Source: an uncultured Phycisphaerales bacterium (lineage in GTDB: Bacteria; Planctomycetota; Phycisphaerae; Sedimentisphaerales; Anaerobacaceae). From it: DNA of 64,000 nucleotides. Position 1 is the first letter of the stretch; each line of letters opens with the position of its first letter. The stretch covers positions 640,001-704,000 of the forward strand of contig CAVYYI010000003.1 in NCBI GenBank assembly GCA_963772725.1, read 5' to 3'. The position numbers and the translations under genes are program-made. Positions 53,609-63,865 of the stretch are shown piece after piece. The notes beneath the pieces are model-generated. The model saw nothing but the letters and a program-made list of their open reading frames with translations, made no database searches and was not told the DNA's origin.

Positions 53609-53675
53609 GTAGGGTGGGGTCACAACCCCACCATTGATTTCTATAGATACCGGTGGGGTAAAGACCCCACCCTAC
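53609..53675. repeat. REP doublet GTAGGGTGGGGTC...CCCCACC
   Basis: Inverted pair overlapping the gene end. Another copy at ~63332-63355. Confidence 0.75.
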
Positions 53676-54153
53676 AAGTCTTAGATAGTATCAATTTTGA
53701 AATAGCTAAAAATGTTATTCCTATGATGAAATATATTACTGCAGCAACTATTCCAACCATTGCACAAGACACAAATCCCAAAAGAATATCCTCGAATTGA
53801 TGCTCAAATAGACGTTCGCTCCAACAAAATCCTAACCAAAACCAGAAACCATGTAAGAAGCCTGCAATAATAAAGATTATATTTTTACCCCAAAAATATC
53901 TTATATTCGCAACTTTAACTAGAACTAAAAACATAATTATAAGGAAAATATTTGGAACAACTGCAAAAATTTGGTCTAAATGCGCCAGCCAAACCCAAAA
54001 GATTTGTAAACAAACGCACAAAAAAGAAAAAATCAAAGCGTTCTTTAATCCACGCTTTCTATTCTTTATCAGAAAGAATATTAAAATTCCAAAGGACAAT
54101 ATAGCACCTGGCATTATCAAAAATATGTACCATATATTATTTGATTCTTTCAT
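53641..54153 (-). CDS. AT-rich multi-TM hypothetical protein (cassette-like)
   Basis: About five TM segments, AT-rich. The C-terminus runs into a REP. Confidence 0.7.
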   Translation of the reverse strand: MKESNNIWYIFLIMPGAILSFGILIFFLIKNRKRGLKNALIFSFLCVCLQIFWVWLAHLDQIFAVVPNIFLIIMFLVLVKVANIRYFWGKNIIFIIAGFLHGFWFWLGFCWSERLFEHQFEDILLGFVSCAMVGIVAAVIYFIIGITFLAISKLILSKTCRVGSLPHRYL

Positions 54154-54280
54154 CTTCCTTTTTTCCAGTTAACTAGGAACAGTCACCTATTATTTAGCCG
54201 CGCTCCTCATAATTTTACCACGCATACAAACATTGTCCAGACTTTTTGTCTTTGAATCCAAAATCTAAAATCCAAAATTA

Positions 54281-55307
54281 TTATCCCGCCCCTCTCTTTA
54301 TCATAAAATCAACCGTATCATTCGCGTTTTGATATTTAAGCTTAATCTCAGGGTGCTTATTTTGAAATACTCTGAACACCTCATCAATAAAGCCCTGACC
54401 CACAGTTGTTATATCCTTAAAATCCAGGACGATTTCCCGAAATTTCTCAAGACCTGCCAAAAGCCGTTTCGCCTGCGAACGGGAAACATACTTTCCCTCT
54501 TCTAATTTACTGAGGTTCACAAATATATGCGTCTTGTCAAACTTATATGTTTCCGGATTGCTGTAAGTCTTAAAAATTTCTTCCAAGACTCTGCTGCTAT
54601 CAAATGCGATTTTCATTATGACAACAGTTCCCTTTTGATGCTTATCCGCTATAGTCTCTACAAACCAGTCATCTTCTTCTACATTTCGTTTTAGATAAGA
54701 CAGGCCGTTTGCGTTGATAATAAATTCATCGAAAGCGCGCGATGTAAAAAAAATCCCCTCGCCCGTGTGTCTGTCCGGCTCCGTGGTCAGTTTGCCTTTC
54801 GACAATTGCAATATCACCTCTCTCGGGTCATCTAATCCCAAAGCCGTTTGAATCTTCTGGAAAATACCAATGCCATTATCTGATATACAGATTTCTACCG
54901 TGTTCTCATCCCACTCTGTTTTTATTAAAACACTGCTGCCCTGCGAATGGTCAATAGCGTTATTGAGAATTTCGGTAAAACCATAATTGCAGATGTCTCT
55001 GACATTATCTTTGAGCGCCGCGAAATCCTGCTCAAAATACATTTTCCATATCTCGTTCTCATCAGTTTCCGGCGTTATCTTAACTTCGATAGACTTATTT
55101 TTCGCCCCGAACAGGAAATATCTTGCCGCTTGTGTTGTCCCTGTCTTGATAATCTGCCTGTTTTTAATCAGCGTATCGAGATGTCTGTGAATGGTGGTTC
55201 TGCTGACAGAAAACTGCTTCAGCTGCCAAATCCACAACATCCTTCGGATGCTCCGGGATAGCCGTAAGAATAAAGGCCCTTATCTCTTCCGCCCGTTCTT
55301 TTCCCAT
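54281..55307 (-). CDS. wHTH + HATPase_c + STAS-like (DUF4325) protein (frameshift near 55235)
   Basis: FSVSRTTIHRHL, TEILNNAIDHS, DNGIGIF, GEGIFF, SRSQAKRL, GQGFIDEVFR. Confidence 0.82.
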
Positions 55308-55336
55308 TTTTTACCTCAAAAACGCCATACAAATAG

Positions 55337-55477
55337 ATTGTAACTATGATATTTTATGATTATAACTATTCTTTCGGCAATTACAACTATATTCTTTAAC
55401 AATTATAACTATCACTTTTGGGGATTGTAACTATCGCAAGCGGTATTATAACTATCACTTTTTATTATTGTAACTAT
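55337..55477. repeat. seven phased 11-bp direct repeats ATTRYAACTAT
   Basis: Starts at 55337, 55359, 55380, 55402, 55424, 55445 and 55467. Confidence 0.9.
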
Positions 55478-55590
55478 CCCCTCGCGGCTTTGCCATCCTT
55501 GTTTCTTCTGTCATTCCCGCGAAAGCGGGAATCCATAATCGCCAATACAAAATCTAAAAGTTATTAATATTAAAGACTGTAATTACGTCT

Positions 55591-56097
55591 CTATTCTTTT
55601 ACGTTTTCTTGTATAGCAGAATATTGAAGTAAAACCGAAATATTAAAATCCCTTTTTCTCAATAATGAATGGGACTCGCCTCCAACAAGTGAAGATAAAG
55701 GGGCTTCAAATTTGATATATCCTGGCGATGTAACAAGAAGCTTATAATTTCGCGTAGAAAAATTTCCTATTTTTGGCCCAATTAGACTGGTCTTCCAACC
55801 ACATGGATAAGAAACTTCAAAATGGCAAAAGCCATTTTTATCTGTCGTCCTGGTTGAGAATCCGTTTCCCATTAAAACATCTTTCTTTTTAGGCTGATCA
55901 GAAATACTGTATGTTGCAAGTGTAACTTCTGCACCTTCTACGGATTTTCCAGAGGTTGATGATATCACTCTAACCTTTACTACGCCATGCACTGCACCAT
56001 CTTTTTCTAAAGTTGGCGTGAGGCACATAAGCAATATAATCACAACTACTAAGATAAATAAAACTCTGAAAATGTTTTTTCTGCTAACTTGCGCCAT
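55591..56097 (-). CDS. AT-rich hypothetical protein, N-terminal TM plus transthyretin-like beta domain
   Basis: GKSVEGAEVTL...TTDKNGFC...VTSPGY pattern. Confidence 0.6.
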   Translation of the reverse strand: MAQVSRKNIFRVLFILVVVIILLMCLTPTLEKDGAVHGVVKVRVISSTSGKSVEGAEVTLATYSISDQPKKKDVLMGNGFSTRTTDKNGFCHFEVSYPCGWKTSLIGPKIGNFSTRNYKLLVTSPGYIKFEAPLSSLVGGESHSLLRKRDFNISVLLQYSAIQENVKE

Positions 56098-56628
56098 AAT
56101 TTTTTCTTAATAATTGCTGTTCTAAGTTTGCCATTACTTTCCGCTACAAAACCTCATCGCAATTCTACCTCCGCCGATCCAAATTGTCCATCCGTTTTTG
56201 TGTTTATTCGCATTAAAATAAAATCCAAAATCGGCAATCGAAAATATATTTTGTGTCTTAGTGTCTTCCGGTTCGACAGGCTCACCGTCCTGAGCAAAGT
56301 CGAAGGAGTGGTTGCCTTTTCTTCTGAGTTCTGTATTCTGTGTTCTATCTTTTTATATTTTTTTAACAGTGTTAATCTGTGTAAATCCGTGTCTAAAAAT
56401 CTCAGCGGCCTGGGCGGTTAATTCGCTGCAAGACAAGACATATTTCCCGGAAATGGATACCTGCTTCCGCAGGTATGACACGTCGAATCAAATTTTTACG
56501 CTGTCCCAATCCTGTGCCGAACAGGATTGAGACAGGCGCCTTTTTTTTGTATTATTATATTACTATTGTAATTTGTAAGAAAATAATGTCATATATACTT
56601 GTATTAATCAGTAAATCGCTGGAGACAA

Positions 56629-57699
56629 ATGGTAACAAATCAACAAAGAATTGAGCAGATAGCAGGGGCGGCCTTAATCGGCGCAATCGTTGTCGGTTGC
56701 GGATTTGTCCTGTGGCCGTTTGTCCTGCCCATTCTCTGGGCGGCAATACTGTGCTTTGCCACTTGGCCTCTATATGAACTGTTGTTGAAATGGCTGCGCG
56801 GGCGGCGAAATCTTGCCGCAGGATTGATGACAATCATACTTTTGCTGGTACTTTTCATACCGTTTCTCATAGTTGGCCTGACATTTACCGACAGCATTAA
56901 GTCAATCATTGAATGGCTCAATTCCAACAGGGAAGCGAACTTGCCTGCGCCTCCGAAATGGGTCGAAAATATACCATTGGTCGGTACGAGAATTAGCGAG
57001 TACTGGATTAAACTGATGGCAAATACAGAGCCTGCCATGAACTGGTTGAAACCGCGACTTCAGGATGCCGGAGTGTGGCTATTAAAGCATAGCCTCGACG
57101 TTGTGCGAGGTGTTTCACATCTTGCGATGAGTGTATTTTTCGCGTTTTTTTTATACCGCGATGGCCAGGGAATTGTGCAGCGATTTCGTGAGGCTTTCCA
57201 GCAGATCAGTAGAGACTATGCTCAACACCTGATAGATGTCGTTAAAACAACAGTGCGGAGTGTTGTGTATGGTGTGATAGGCACGGCATTGGCTCAAAGT
57301 ACAGTGGCTTGGATAGGTTTTGCCATCGCAGGTGTGCCATCCCCCGTAATGCTGGCGATGTTTACTTTTTTCCTGAGTTTTGTTCCCGCAGGCCCGGTGA
57401 TTGTCTGGATTGGCGCATCGATATGGCTTTTTGCGGGCGGGCAAACCGGCTGGGGCATTTTCATGATTGTTTATGGCGTGCTCGTAATCAGCAGCATAGA
57501 TAACGTTATAAAGCCTTACATTATCAGCCGCGGCTCAAAATTGCCATTTATTGTCATGTTTATCGGTGCCGTAGGCGGGGTCGTAACATTCGGTCTCATC
57601 GGTGTTTTTCTCGGCCCGACACTTTTAGCGGTGGGTTTCAGTCTCACACAAGAGATTCTCATCCATCGACACTCCCCCTCTTCACCGAAACAAGAATAA
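56629..57699 (+). CDS. AI-2E family transporter
   Basis: ILWAAIL...TWPLY, IDNVIKPYII, GLIGVFLGP. Confidence 0.9.
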   Translation: MVTNQQRIEQIAGAALIGAIVVGCGFVLWPFVLPILWAAILCFATWPLYELLLKWLRGRRNLAAGLMTIILLLVLFIPFLIVGLTFTDSIKSIIEWLNSNREANLPAPPKWVENIPLVGTRISEYWIKLMANTEPAMNWLKPRLQDAGVWLLKHSLDVVRGVSHLAMSVFFAFFLYRDGQGIVQRFREAFQQISRDYAQHLIDVVKTTVRSVVYGVIGTALAQSTVAWIGFAIAGVPSPVMLAMFTFFLSFVPAGPVIVWIGASIWLFAGGQTGWGIFMIVYGVLVISSIDNVIKPYIISRGSKLPFIVMFIGAVGGVVTFGLIGVFLGPTLLAVGFSLTQEILIHRHSPSSPKQE

Positions 57700-57716
57700 A
57701 CAGGGATAGACAGCTG

Positions 57717-58205
57717 TTATTTAATCACATCAATCATAGTATCTGAATGAGAATTGTTATTTATTCGCTTATGAGCCCAAAATACCACAAATGGAGCCCA
57801 GAGTGGAAAAAATACAATGAACTGACACATTAATCCACCGTTTCCGATTCCTGTTGCTGCTGCTATGCTGATTGCAATCATACGATTTGGGAAAAGCCAT
57901 AGTAAGCTGATTGAGAAAAAATAGAGCACCTCGGTAATCAGGAGCCACATAAACAGGTATCGATATCGTGTTTTTAAACGGATAAATTCAATGCCTGAAA
58001 AGAACAGAGCAGCAAAAAACAATGTACATATAGTCAGCATCGATAAAAATGCCCCAAGAACATATGGTTCATTATCAGCATGGGGTAATGTTTTGAGAGA
58101 TTCAATAGACGACAGTGATAACGCATTGTATAACAATCCTAAAATGGATAGAACAATGGTTGAAACGCCAATTATTCGAAGTGCTATTGAAGGTGCTTTA
58201 TTCAT
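57717..58205 (-). CDS. four-TM hypothetical membrane protein (cassette-like)
   Basis: AT-rich. The stop codon lies inside a palindromic site. Confidence 0.7.
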   Translation of the reverse strand: MNKAPSIALRIIGVSTIVLSILGLLYNALSLSSIESLKTLPHADNEPYVLGAFLSMLTICTLFFAALFFSGIEFIRLKTRYRYLFMWLLITEVLYFFSISLLWLFPNRMIAISIAAATGIGNGGLMCQFIVFFPLWAPFVVFWAHKRINNNSHSDTMIDVIK

Positions 58206-58411
58206 ACTGAATCCCTTTATTTTGATATTCAACTAATGTCGATCATATCGAACGCTTCAATAAATAGATACCTCCAACTATTATTCAGCAACACCTCATA
58301 ATCTTACCACGCTTATGAACATTGTCCAGCAGATAATGATGGCCATAAAAAAAAGAAGAACGATTAAGTCGTTCTTCTTTTTAGTTCAACTGTAATTAAA
58401 TTTTTCGAGAG

Positions 58412-59590
58412 CTACTGTTTAATAAACAGATAATACAATCTTCCCTCGTGATAGGTTTGCCCTGCGACACGGCCGGCGTCATCGCCTTCGCCGATATAAA
58501 TATCGCAGCCGCCCCGGGCGCGAATCGCCCCGCCGGTATCCTGGTCAAGCGCAAAACCGCTGTATCCCTGCGATACCGCGCCTCCGATATGCAGCGGCAG
58601 TTTTGTGGTTATAAATGTTACAGCGGCACGCGGGAAAATCGTCTTGTCCGTAGCTATGGTTCGCAGCACAGTAACCGGCTCATTGAGACTGCCGCGAGGA
58701 GGGCCCTCTTCCTGCCTGAAGAAAACAAACCGCGGATTGAGCCTTGTGTATCGGGCAACCTGGTCCACGTGGCCCTTGAAGTATTCAATCATCCCGGTCA
58801 AGCTCAACTGAGACTTGTCTATAACACCGTCCGCAATCATCTGCTGAGAGATGCCCTTATAGTCGAAACCATTGTTCGCCGCGTAACCTACGCCGATAAG
58901 CTTACCGTCGGGCAACCTGATTTTGGCCGAACCCTGCACGTGCGCGATATAGGCCTCGAACGGGTCGCCGAGCCAGACCAGCTCATCGCCCTTGCATAAG
59001 CCGGCATCCTCAATAGTCGCCCTGGGCGGATAAGGGGTAATTTCCCCGCTGGCGTTGCGTCTGCCGCGAATCTCACCTGTGGAACTTTTAACAAGGTCTG
59101 CCGGCTGCTTATAAAGCGGATAACGGAACTTTTCCGTTTGAACCAGCGAACCGTCGAAAATCGGCGTATAATAGCCGGTGAATAATACCGTTTCCTCATC
59201 GTCACAGCCGACTGAGGTATAAACATCGAACCTGCTGCGAATCGCCGCGTTTAACGCGGGCCCGCTCAGGCCGGAATCCAGCATATCCGCAAACGCCTTT
59301 AAGCTGTCAACTGACTGCTGATGAGTAATGCCGTTGCTCGGATAGAACGTTTTGCTCGAAGGCTTACTCATATAATTCAAACTTCGCGCCACAGCGGTTT
59401 TCAGCCCCGACAAATCGCCACACGCAGGCGTAAAATCGGGTATTTCGAGCGGGTCGGTTATTTTCCGCAGCGCTTGCTGGCCCGGCAGTAACTGCCTGGT
59501 GTAATCCTTTTTTACCTGTTGAGGCTTATGACAGCCTGTTATGTTTATCGCAATCACTAATGACGCCAGCACAAAAACAACTTTTTTCAT
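58412..59590 (-). CDS. mltA: membrane-bound lytic murein transglycosylase A
   Basis: Lipobox ITGC, FTGYYTP, HVQGS, NPRFVFF, DQDTGGAIR...DIYIG. Confidence 0.92.
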   Translation of the reverse strand: MKKVVFVLASLVIAINITGCHKPQQVKKDYTRQLLPGQQALRKITDPLEIPDFTPACGDLSGLKTAVARSLNYMSKPSSKTFYPSNGITHQQSVDSLKAFADMLDSGLSGPALNAAIRSRFDVYTSVGCDDEETVLFTGYYTPIFDGSLVQTEKFRYPLYKQPADLVKSSTGEIRGRRNASGEITPYPPRATIEDAGLCKGDELVWLGDPFEAYIAHVQGSAKIRLPDGKLIGVGYAANNGFDYKGISQQMIADGVIDKSQLSLTGMIEYFKGHVDQVARYTRLNPRFVFFRQEEGPPRGSLNEPVTVLRTIATDKTIFPRAAVTFITTKLPLHIGGAVSQGYSGFALDQDTGGAIRARGGCDIYIGEGDDAGRVAGQTYHEGRLYYLFIKQ

Positions 59591-59820
59591 CTTGCACTCC
59601 AAATCTTTCTACTAACAACTAACCACTAATAACTAATAACTATATATTGTCAAATTGACGCTAAATTCTTTAACTTTTTTGCTTATTGCGAATAATATAA
59701 TCCTCCCCAAAGCCTGTTTCTAAAATCCCAGCGCCCCATCAGCCTCTATCGCCGGCCAGCGGTGAGCCAAGTCAAACCACACTTCGACGGAAAAATAATT
59801 CGCCTTCAAAAGAAACGCAA

Positions 59821-59856
59821 TAAAAAAGGCGGGCTTTTTAGAAAGCCCGCCTAAAA
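59821..59856. terminator. bidirectional intrinsic terminator
   Basis: AAAAAAGGCGGGCTTT...AAAGCCCGCCT. Confidence 0.7.
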
Positions 59857-59895
59857 GAGAGATATTCAAAAAAATGCGGATAAAGTTAACTTCTC

Positions 59896-60521
59896 TTAAC
59901 CTCTTCTCCGCCGTATCATTAACATCGCAGAACCCAGTGCCAGAACAGCTATCGAGGTAGGTTCGGGGGTAGGAATCTGCTCAGTGCAAAACTCGACACC
60001 GCCAAGGAAAGACATTTTCAGGCCGAAATCGCCGCTTTCGCCGATACCGATTGCATCGCCTGTGCCGACATAGTAGTCAACTGTTCCGAGCCAACCTGTA
60101 CCGCCGTTGGGTAACTCCTGGTCAGGTAAAGGCTGAGTCACTACGAAGGTCCAGCCGTCCGGGGCGATCACACTTGTGCTGATTGAAAATGTTTTGTTCA
60201 TTCCGATTGTGATGTGATAGTCAGTCCACGCAAAGTTCGTCTGGTTATCGACGGTCTCAGCAAGCCAGACTGTCGGGTTGAGTTCACTGTTTGTGAAGAA
60301 TTCGCCCTCCACATGAGCCGGATGCCAATACTGGCGCCTTCCATCGAAAGGGTGTACTCATCGAGCCCGCTATCATAGGTTAAGCTCGTTAAGGTGTCGT
60401 TCATAACAATCGCGCCGTCATTATCATCGGAACAAACCCACGATGTGATGCTCGCATTGAGCTGAGAAGTCAGCAGCAGAACTGCTGCCGCCGCAAGGAT
60501 GCAAACCGTTTTTATATTCAT
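59896..60521 (-). CDS. PEP-CTERM protein (frameshift near 60335)
   Basis: Signal peptide in one frame, TPEPTSIAVLALGSAMLMIRRRRG in the other. Confidence 0.8.
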
Positions 60522-60715
60522 CTCGTATCCTCCTATACTAAAGGTTCGTTTGTTTTACAAAAACAAACACAATATTAACTTTTTATCCTTAGCCAGGTGA
60601 AAAACCCCTCTTCTTCGCGGTGTTTCAAAGATTGCTTTTAAGTTTTGCTCCCACCCTTCTATTTTTATCCTATATTATCGCCTACTTCTCCAAACTCTTA
60701 CTTATAAATATAATA

Positions 60716-61729
60716 ACCTGAACTTTGGATAAGGATATAGAAAAACGGCCTGTCTGCCGAAGGAAATAATATTGTTGTCACTAAAATATTATTGACCCTT
60801 AGGCAAAGGAGGCCGTCAAATGCTGGATTTTACCACATTATTTGTAGATGTCGATGATTGTTGGAAAGTTTTTCAAAAAATTTATAATAAACACCTGCTC
60901 GATGATGGAACTATCCGGCGTAACAGGGATTGCAACTTAAGTATCAGTGAGATTATGACTATTATAATTGGCTTCCAAACAAGCGGTTTTCGTACTTTTA
61001 AGGCATACTATCAGTATGTTCTCAAGCATCACAGATGCGATTTCCCCGATTTGGTCAGCTATGATAGATTTGTTTATCTTATTCCCAGGTCAGTTATTCC
61101 GATGTTTGTCTATTTACAGAGTTGCGGCATTGATAAACCGACAGGCATCTCTTTTATTGACAGTACATCTCTTAAAGTCTGTCATAACAAGCGAATCTGC
61201 CGTCACCGCGTTTTTGACGGTTTGGCTGCAATCGGGAAGACCACAATGGGATGGTTTTATGGCTTTAAGCTTCACCTTATAATAAATGAGTGCGGCGGAT
61301 TATTGTCTTATCGGCTGACTGCTGGTAATGTTGCTGACAGCCGGATGGCAGAGCCTATGACAAAGGGTTTGTTTGGAAAGCTCTTTGGAGACAAGGGTTA
61401 TATAGGCAAAGGCCTGTTTGAAAAGCTGCTGAGCAAAGGCGTCAAATTGATAACCAATGTTCGTAAGAATATGAAATCCTGCCTGATGGAATTGGAGGAT
61501 AAGATTTTGTTGAGAAAACGTTCACTGATTGAAACCGTAAATGATACGCTGAAAAATGTCTGCCAGATTGAGCATTCTCGGCATCGCAGCCCGATTAATT
61601 TTCTGGCACATTTGATAGCCGGTCTGATAGCCTATACGAGACTGCCGAAAAAACCTTCGCTAAAAATAGAAAGTATCAAATATCAGTCAGGAAAAAGTGT
61701 TTATCTCATTGCTTAAACAAAGTTCAGGT
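60716..61729 (+). mobile_element. IS982-family insertion sequence
   Basis: IRs ACCTGAACTTTGGATAAG / ACCTGAACTTTGTTTAAG with a TAATA duplication on both sides. Confidence 0.92.
60820..61716 (+). CDS. IS982 transposase
   Basis: FIDST, WFYGFKLHL, GDKGY, KRSLIETVND, IEHSRHRS. Confidence 0.93.
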   Translation: MLDFTTLFVDVDDCWKVFQKIYNKHLLDDGTIRRNRDCNLSISEIMTIIIGFQTSGFRTFKAYYQYVLKHHRCDFPDLVSYDRFVYLIPRSVIPMFVYLQSCGIDKPTGISFIDSTSLKVCHNKRICRHRVFDGLAAIGKTTMGWFYGFKLHLIINECGGLLSYRLTAGNVADSRMAEPMTKGLFGKLFGDKGYIGKGLFEKLLSKGVKLITNVRKNMKSCLMELEDKILLRKRSLIETVNDTLKNVCQIEHSRHRSPINFLAHLIAGLIAYTRLPKKPSLKIESIKYQSGKSVYLIA

Positions 61730-62099
61730 TAATAGCTTTTTGATGGGTAAGCTGTCAAGACAAAAGATTAAATTTTTAATTTTTTTTAATAAAGGGCCTT
61801 TTGATGTTTTTAAGCTGTAACTTGTTATAAAATAAGATGATACGGCAAAATACCGGCTCAAAATACAAATGCCATAAAAAAAATTAAAAAATTTTCTTAT
61901 TTTTGCGAGAAGAACGGCGGCAAAATATTTTTGACAATCGGCGCAAATGCTATAGAATCTCCTGCTCGTGGCATAAAATAACAATTTTTATCTGTCATAC
62001 CTGCGAAAGCAGGTATCTATTTTGGATTTGTCTATGGATTCCCGTTTTCACGGGAATGACAGGGAACACCAATAACAATTTTTTGGAGAAATTTTGAAA

Positions 62100-63311
62100 A
62101 TGGCAAAGGCACCAAAAGCAAACGCGGTAGTGGGTCAATCGGGCGGTCCGACCGGCGTCATCAACGCCTCGCTCGTGGGAGTTATCGAGGAAGCGCAAAA
62201 ACACCCGGAAATTAAAAAACTTTACGGGGCGGTTCACGCCGTCGCCGGCATCGTTCAGGAGCAATTCATCGACTTGAAGAAACTCTCGTATAAAACTCTC
62301 GAACTGGTCGCCTCATCGCCTTCATCGGCGTTAGGCTCCAGCCGCGACAAACCCTCCGAGGAATACTGCGCGAAAATTCTCGACGTGTTGAAAAAACGCG
62401 ACATCCGCTATTTCTTCTACATCGGCGGCAACGACTCAGCCAATACAGCTTATATCATTAACACGATGGCTGAAAAGGCCGGCTATGATATGAGGGCATT
62501 TCATATCCCAAAAACGGTCGATAACGACCTGCTCGTTACAGACCATTGTCCTGGTTTCGGTACCGCCGCCAAATTCGTTGCCTGCGCTCTGATGGGCGAT
62601 GACCTGGACAACCGCGCACTGCCCGGTATTAAAATCGATGTAATCATGGGCAGGCACGCCGGCTTCTTGACTGCCGCCGCCGCCCTGGGAAGACAGAGAG
62701 ACGACGACGGCCCGCATCTTATTTATATGCCCGAAAAACATATTTCGATGGACAGATTCCTCAGCGACGTTGAGGCCGTTTATAAAAAGCTTGGCAGATG
62801 CGTCATCGCCGTCAGCGAAGGCATCTGTGATGTCGATGGTGTTACCTGGGCGGAAAAAATCGTCAAAACCAAAGAACGAGACTCGCACGGCAACATCCAG
62901 CTTTCCGGCACCGGCGCTTTGGCAGACCTTCTGGCCGGCCAGATTAAAGGTGCGCTGAAAATAAAACGCGTCCGCGCGGACACTTTCGGGTATCTCCAGA
63001 GAAGTTTCGCGGGACTGCAGTCCAAAGTTGACGCCAAAGAAGCACGCCAGTGCGGCCGCGAAGCTGTCAAATACGCCATGAAGGAAACCAGCGGCTCCAT
63101 CGCAATCGAAAGGCTCGGCGGCAGCAAAAGCTATAAGGTAAAATACTTCCACACAGACCTTAAAAACGTCGCGGAGAAAACAAAATCCCTGCCTGATGAA
63201 TACATCAATGAAAACGGCAACGGCGTTACCGACGCCTTCATCAAGTACGCACTGCCTTTAACAGGCGGTCTGCCAAAAACTGAGTACCTCGGCGACAATA
63301 AAAGAGTGTAA
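62100..63311 (+). CDS. pfp: PPi-dependent 6-phosphofructokinase
   Basis: QSGGPT, GGNDS (Asp indicates the PPi type), PKTVDND, MGR. Confidence 0.85.
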   Translation: MAKAPKANAVVGQSGGPTGVINASLVGVIEEAQKHPEIKKLYGAVHAVAGIVQEQFIDLKKLSYKTLELVASSPSSALGSSRDKPSEEYCAKILDVLKKRDIRYFFYIGGNDSANTAYIINTMAEKAGYDMRAFHIPKTVDNDLLVTDHCPGFGTAAKFVACALMGDDLDNRALPGIKIDVIMGRHAGFLTAAAALGRQRDDDGPHLIYMPEKHISMDRFLSDVEAVYKKLGRCVIAVSEGICDVDGVTWAEKIVKTKERDSHGNIQLSGTGALADLLAGQIKGALKIKRVRADTFGYLQRSFAGLQSKVDAKEARQCGREAVKYAMKETSGSIAIERLGGSKSYKVKYFHTDLKNVAEKTKSLPDEYINENGNGVTDAFIKYALPLTGGLPKTEYLGDNKRV

Positions 63312-63358
63312 ACAATAGAATATAGAACACAGTAGGGTGGGGTCACAACCCCACCTTA

Positions 63359-63865
63359 TTACAATTTTCTCGAATCGTAGGCCCAGTGGAGAAGTGCCTG
63401 CTTTTGTCTGCGGCGGCAGTTCTGGTCGCCGGGCGTGCAGTTCTTTTTTATCGCCGCGACGTGACGTTTGATAGCCTTCCATCTTTTGATTTGGCGCTCG
63501 TCCTCGGCGGGGATTCTTCGGCCCATATAGTAACGGCAATACCACTGAAACCACCCTCGCGGGTCCTCGTGATATATCCAGCCTTTTTTCTTCCAGTCTT
63601 TTAACGGCAGCGAGGCGTCAACGCCGAAATAATTCAGTTTCGGGTCTCTTTTTTCAGGCGAGAGCTTGGCTTTTCTAAACCACGCCTCAGGAAATTCCTT
63701 GCGGCAGTCCGTCATATATTTCCCGCCGAAAACTCCCAATTCGAGCATCTCCTTTGGCGAAAGCTGCGGCTTAAACTCAGGATGAAAATTCTTCCCCGCC
63801 GGCGATACGAGATAATACACATATCCCCGCTGCATCCGGTCATTTACCGTGATTTTCTTTTTCAT
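63359..63865 (-). CDS. conserved hypothetical protein
   Basis: SPKEMLELGVFGGKY, DPRGWFQWYCRYY, QIKRW, QALLHWAYD. Confidence 0.7.
   Translation of the reverse strand: MKKKITVNDRMQRGYVYYLVSPAGKNFHPEFKPQLSPKEMLELGVFGGKYMTDCRKEFPEAWFRKAKLSPEKRDPKLNYFGVDASLPLKDWKKKGWIYHEDPRGWFQWYCRYYMGRRIPAEDERQIKRWKAIKRHVAAIKKNCTPGDQNCRRRQKQALLHWAYDSRKL

Larger units (their letters stand above)
39204..56395. repeat. dispersed 9-bp-periodic REP-like family (AACCACGAATKMACACGAAT / CCACAGATTTCACAGATT)
   Basis: Copies near 39204, 40420, 44590/44650, 45345/45420-45480, 46960/47020, 50420, 53023 and 56370, often as inverted pairs. Confidence 0.75.

Noticed and set aside
55337..55477. CRISPR array
   Set aside because: Repeats of 11 bp and spacers of 10-11 bp are far too short, and no cas genes are present.
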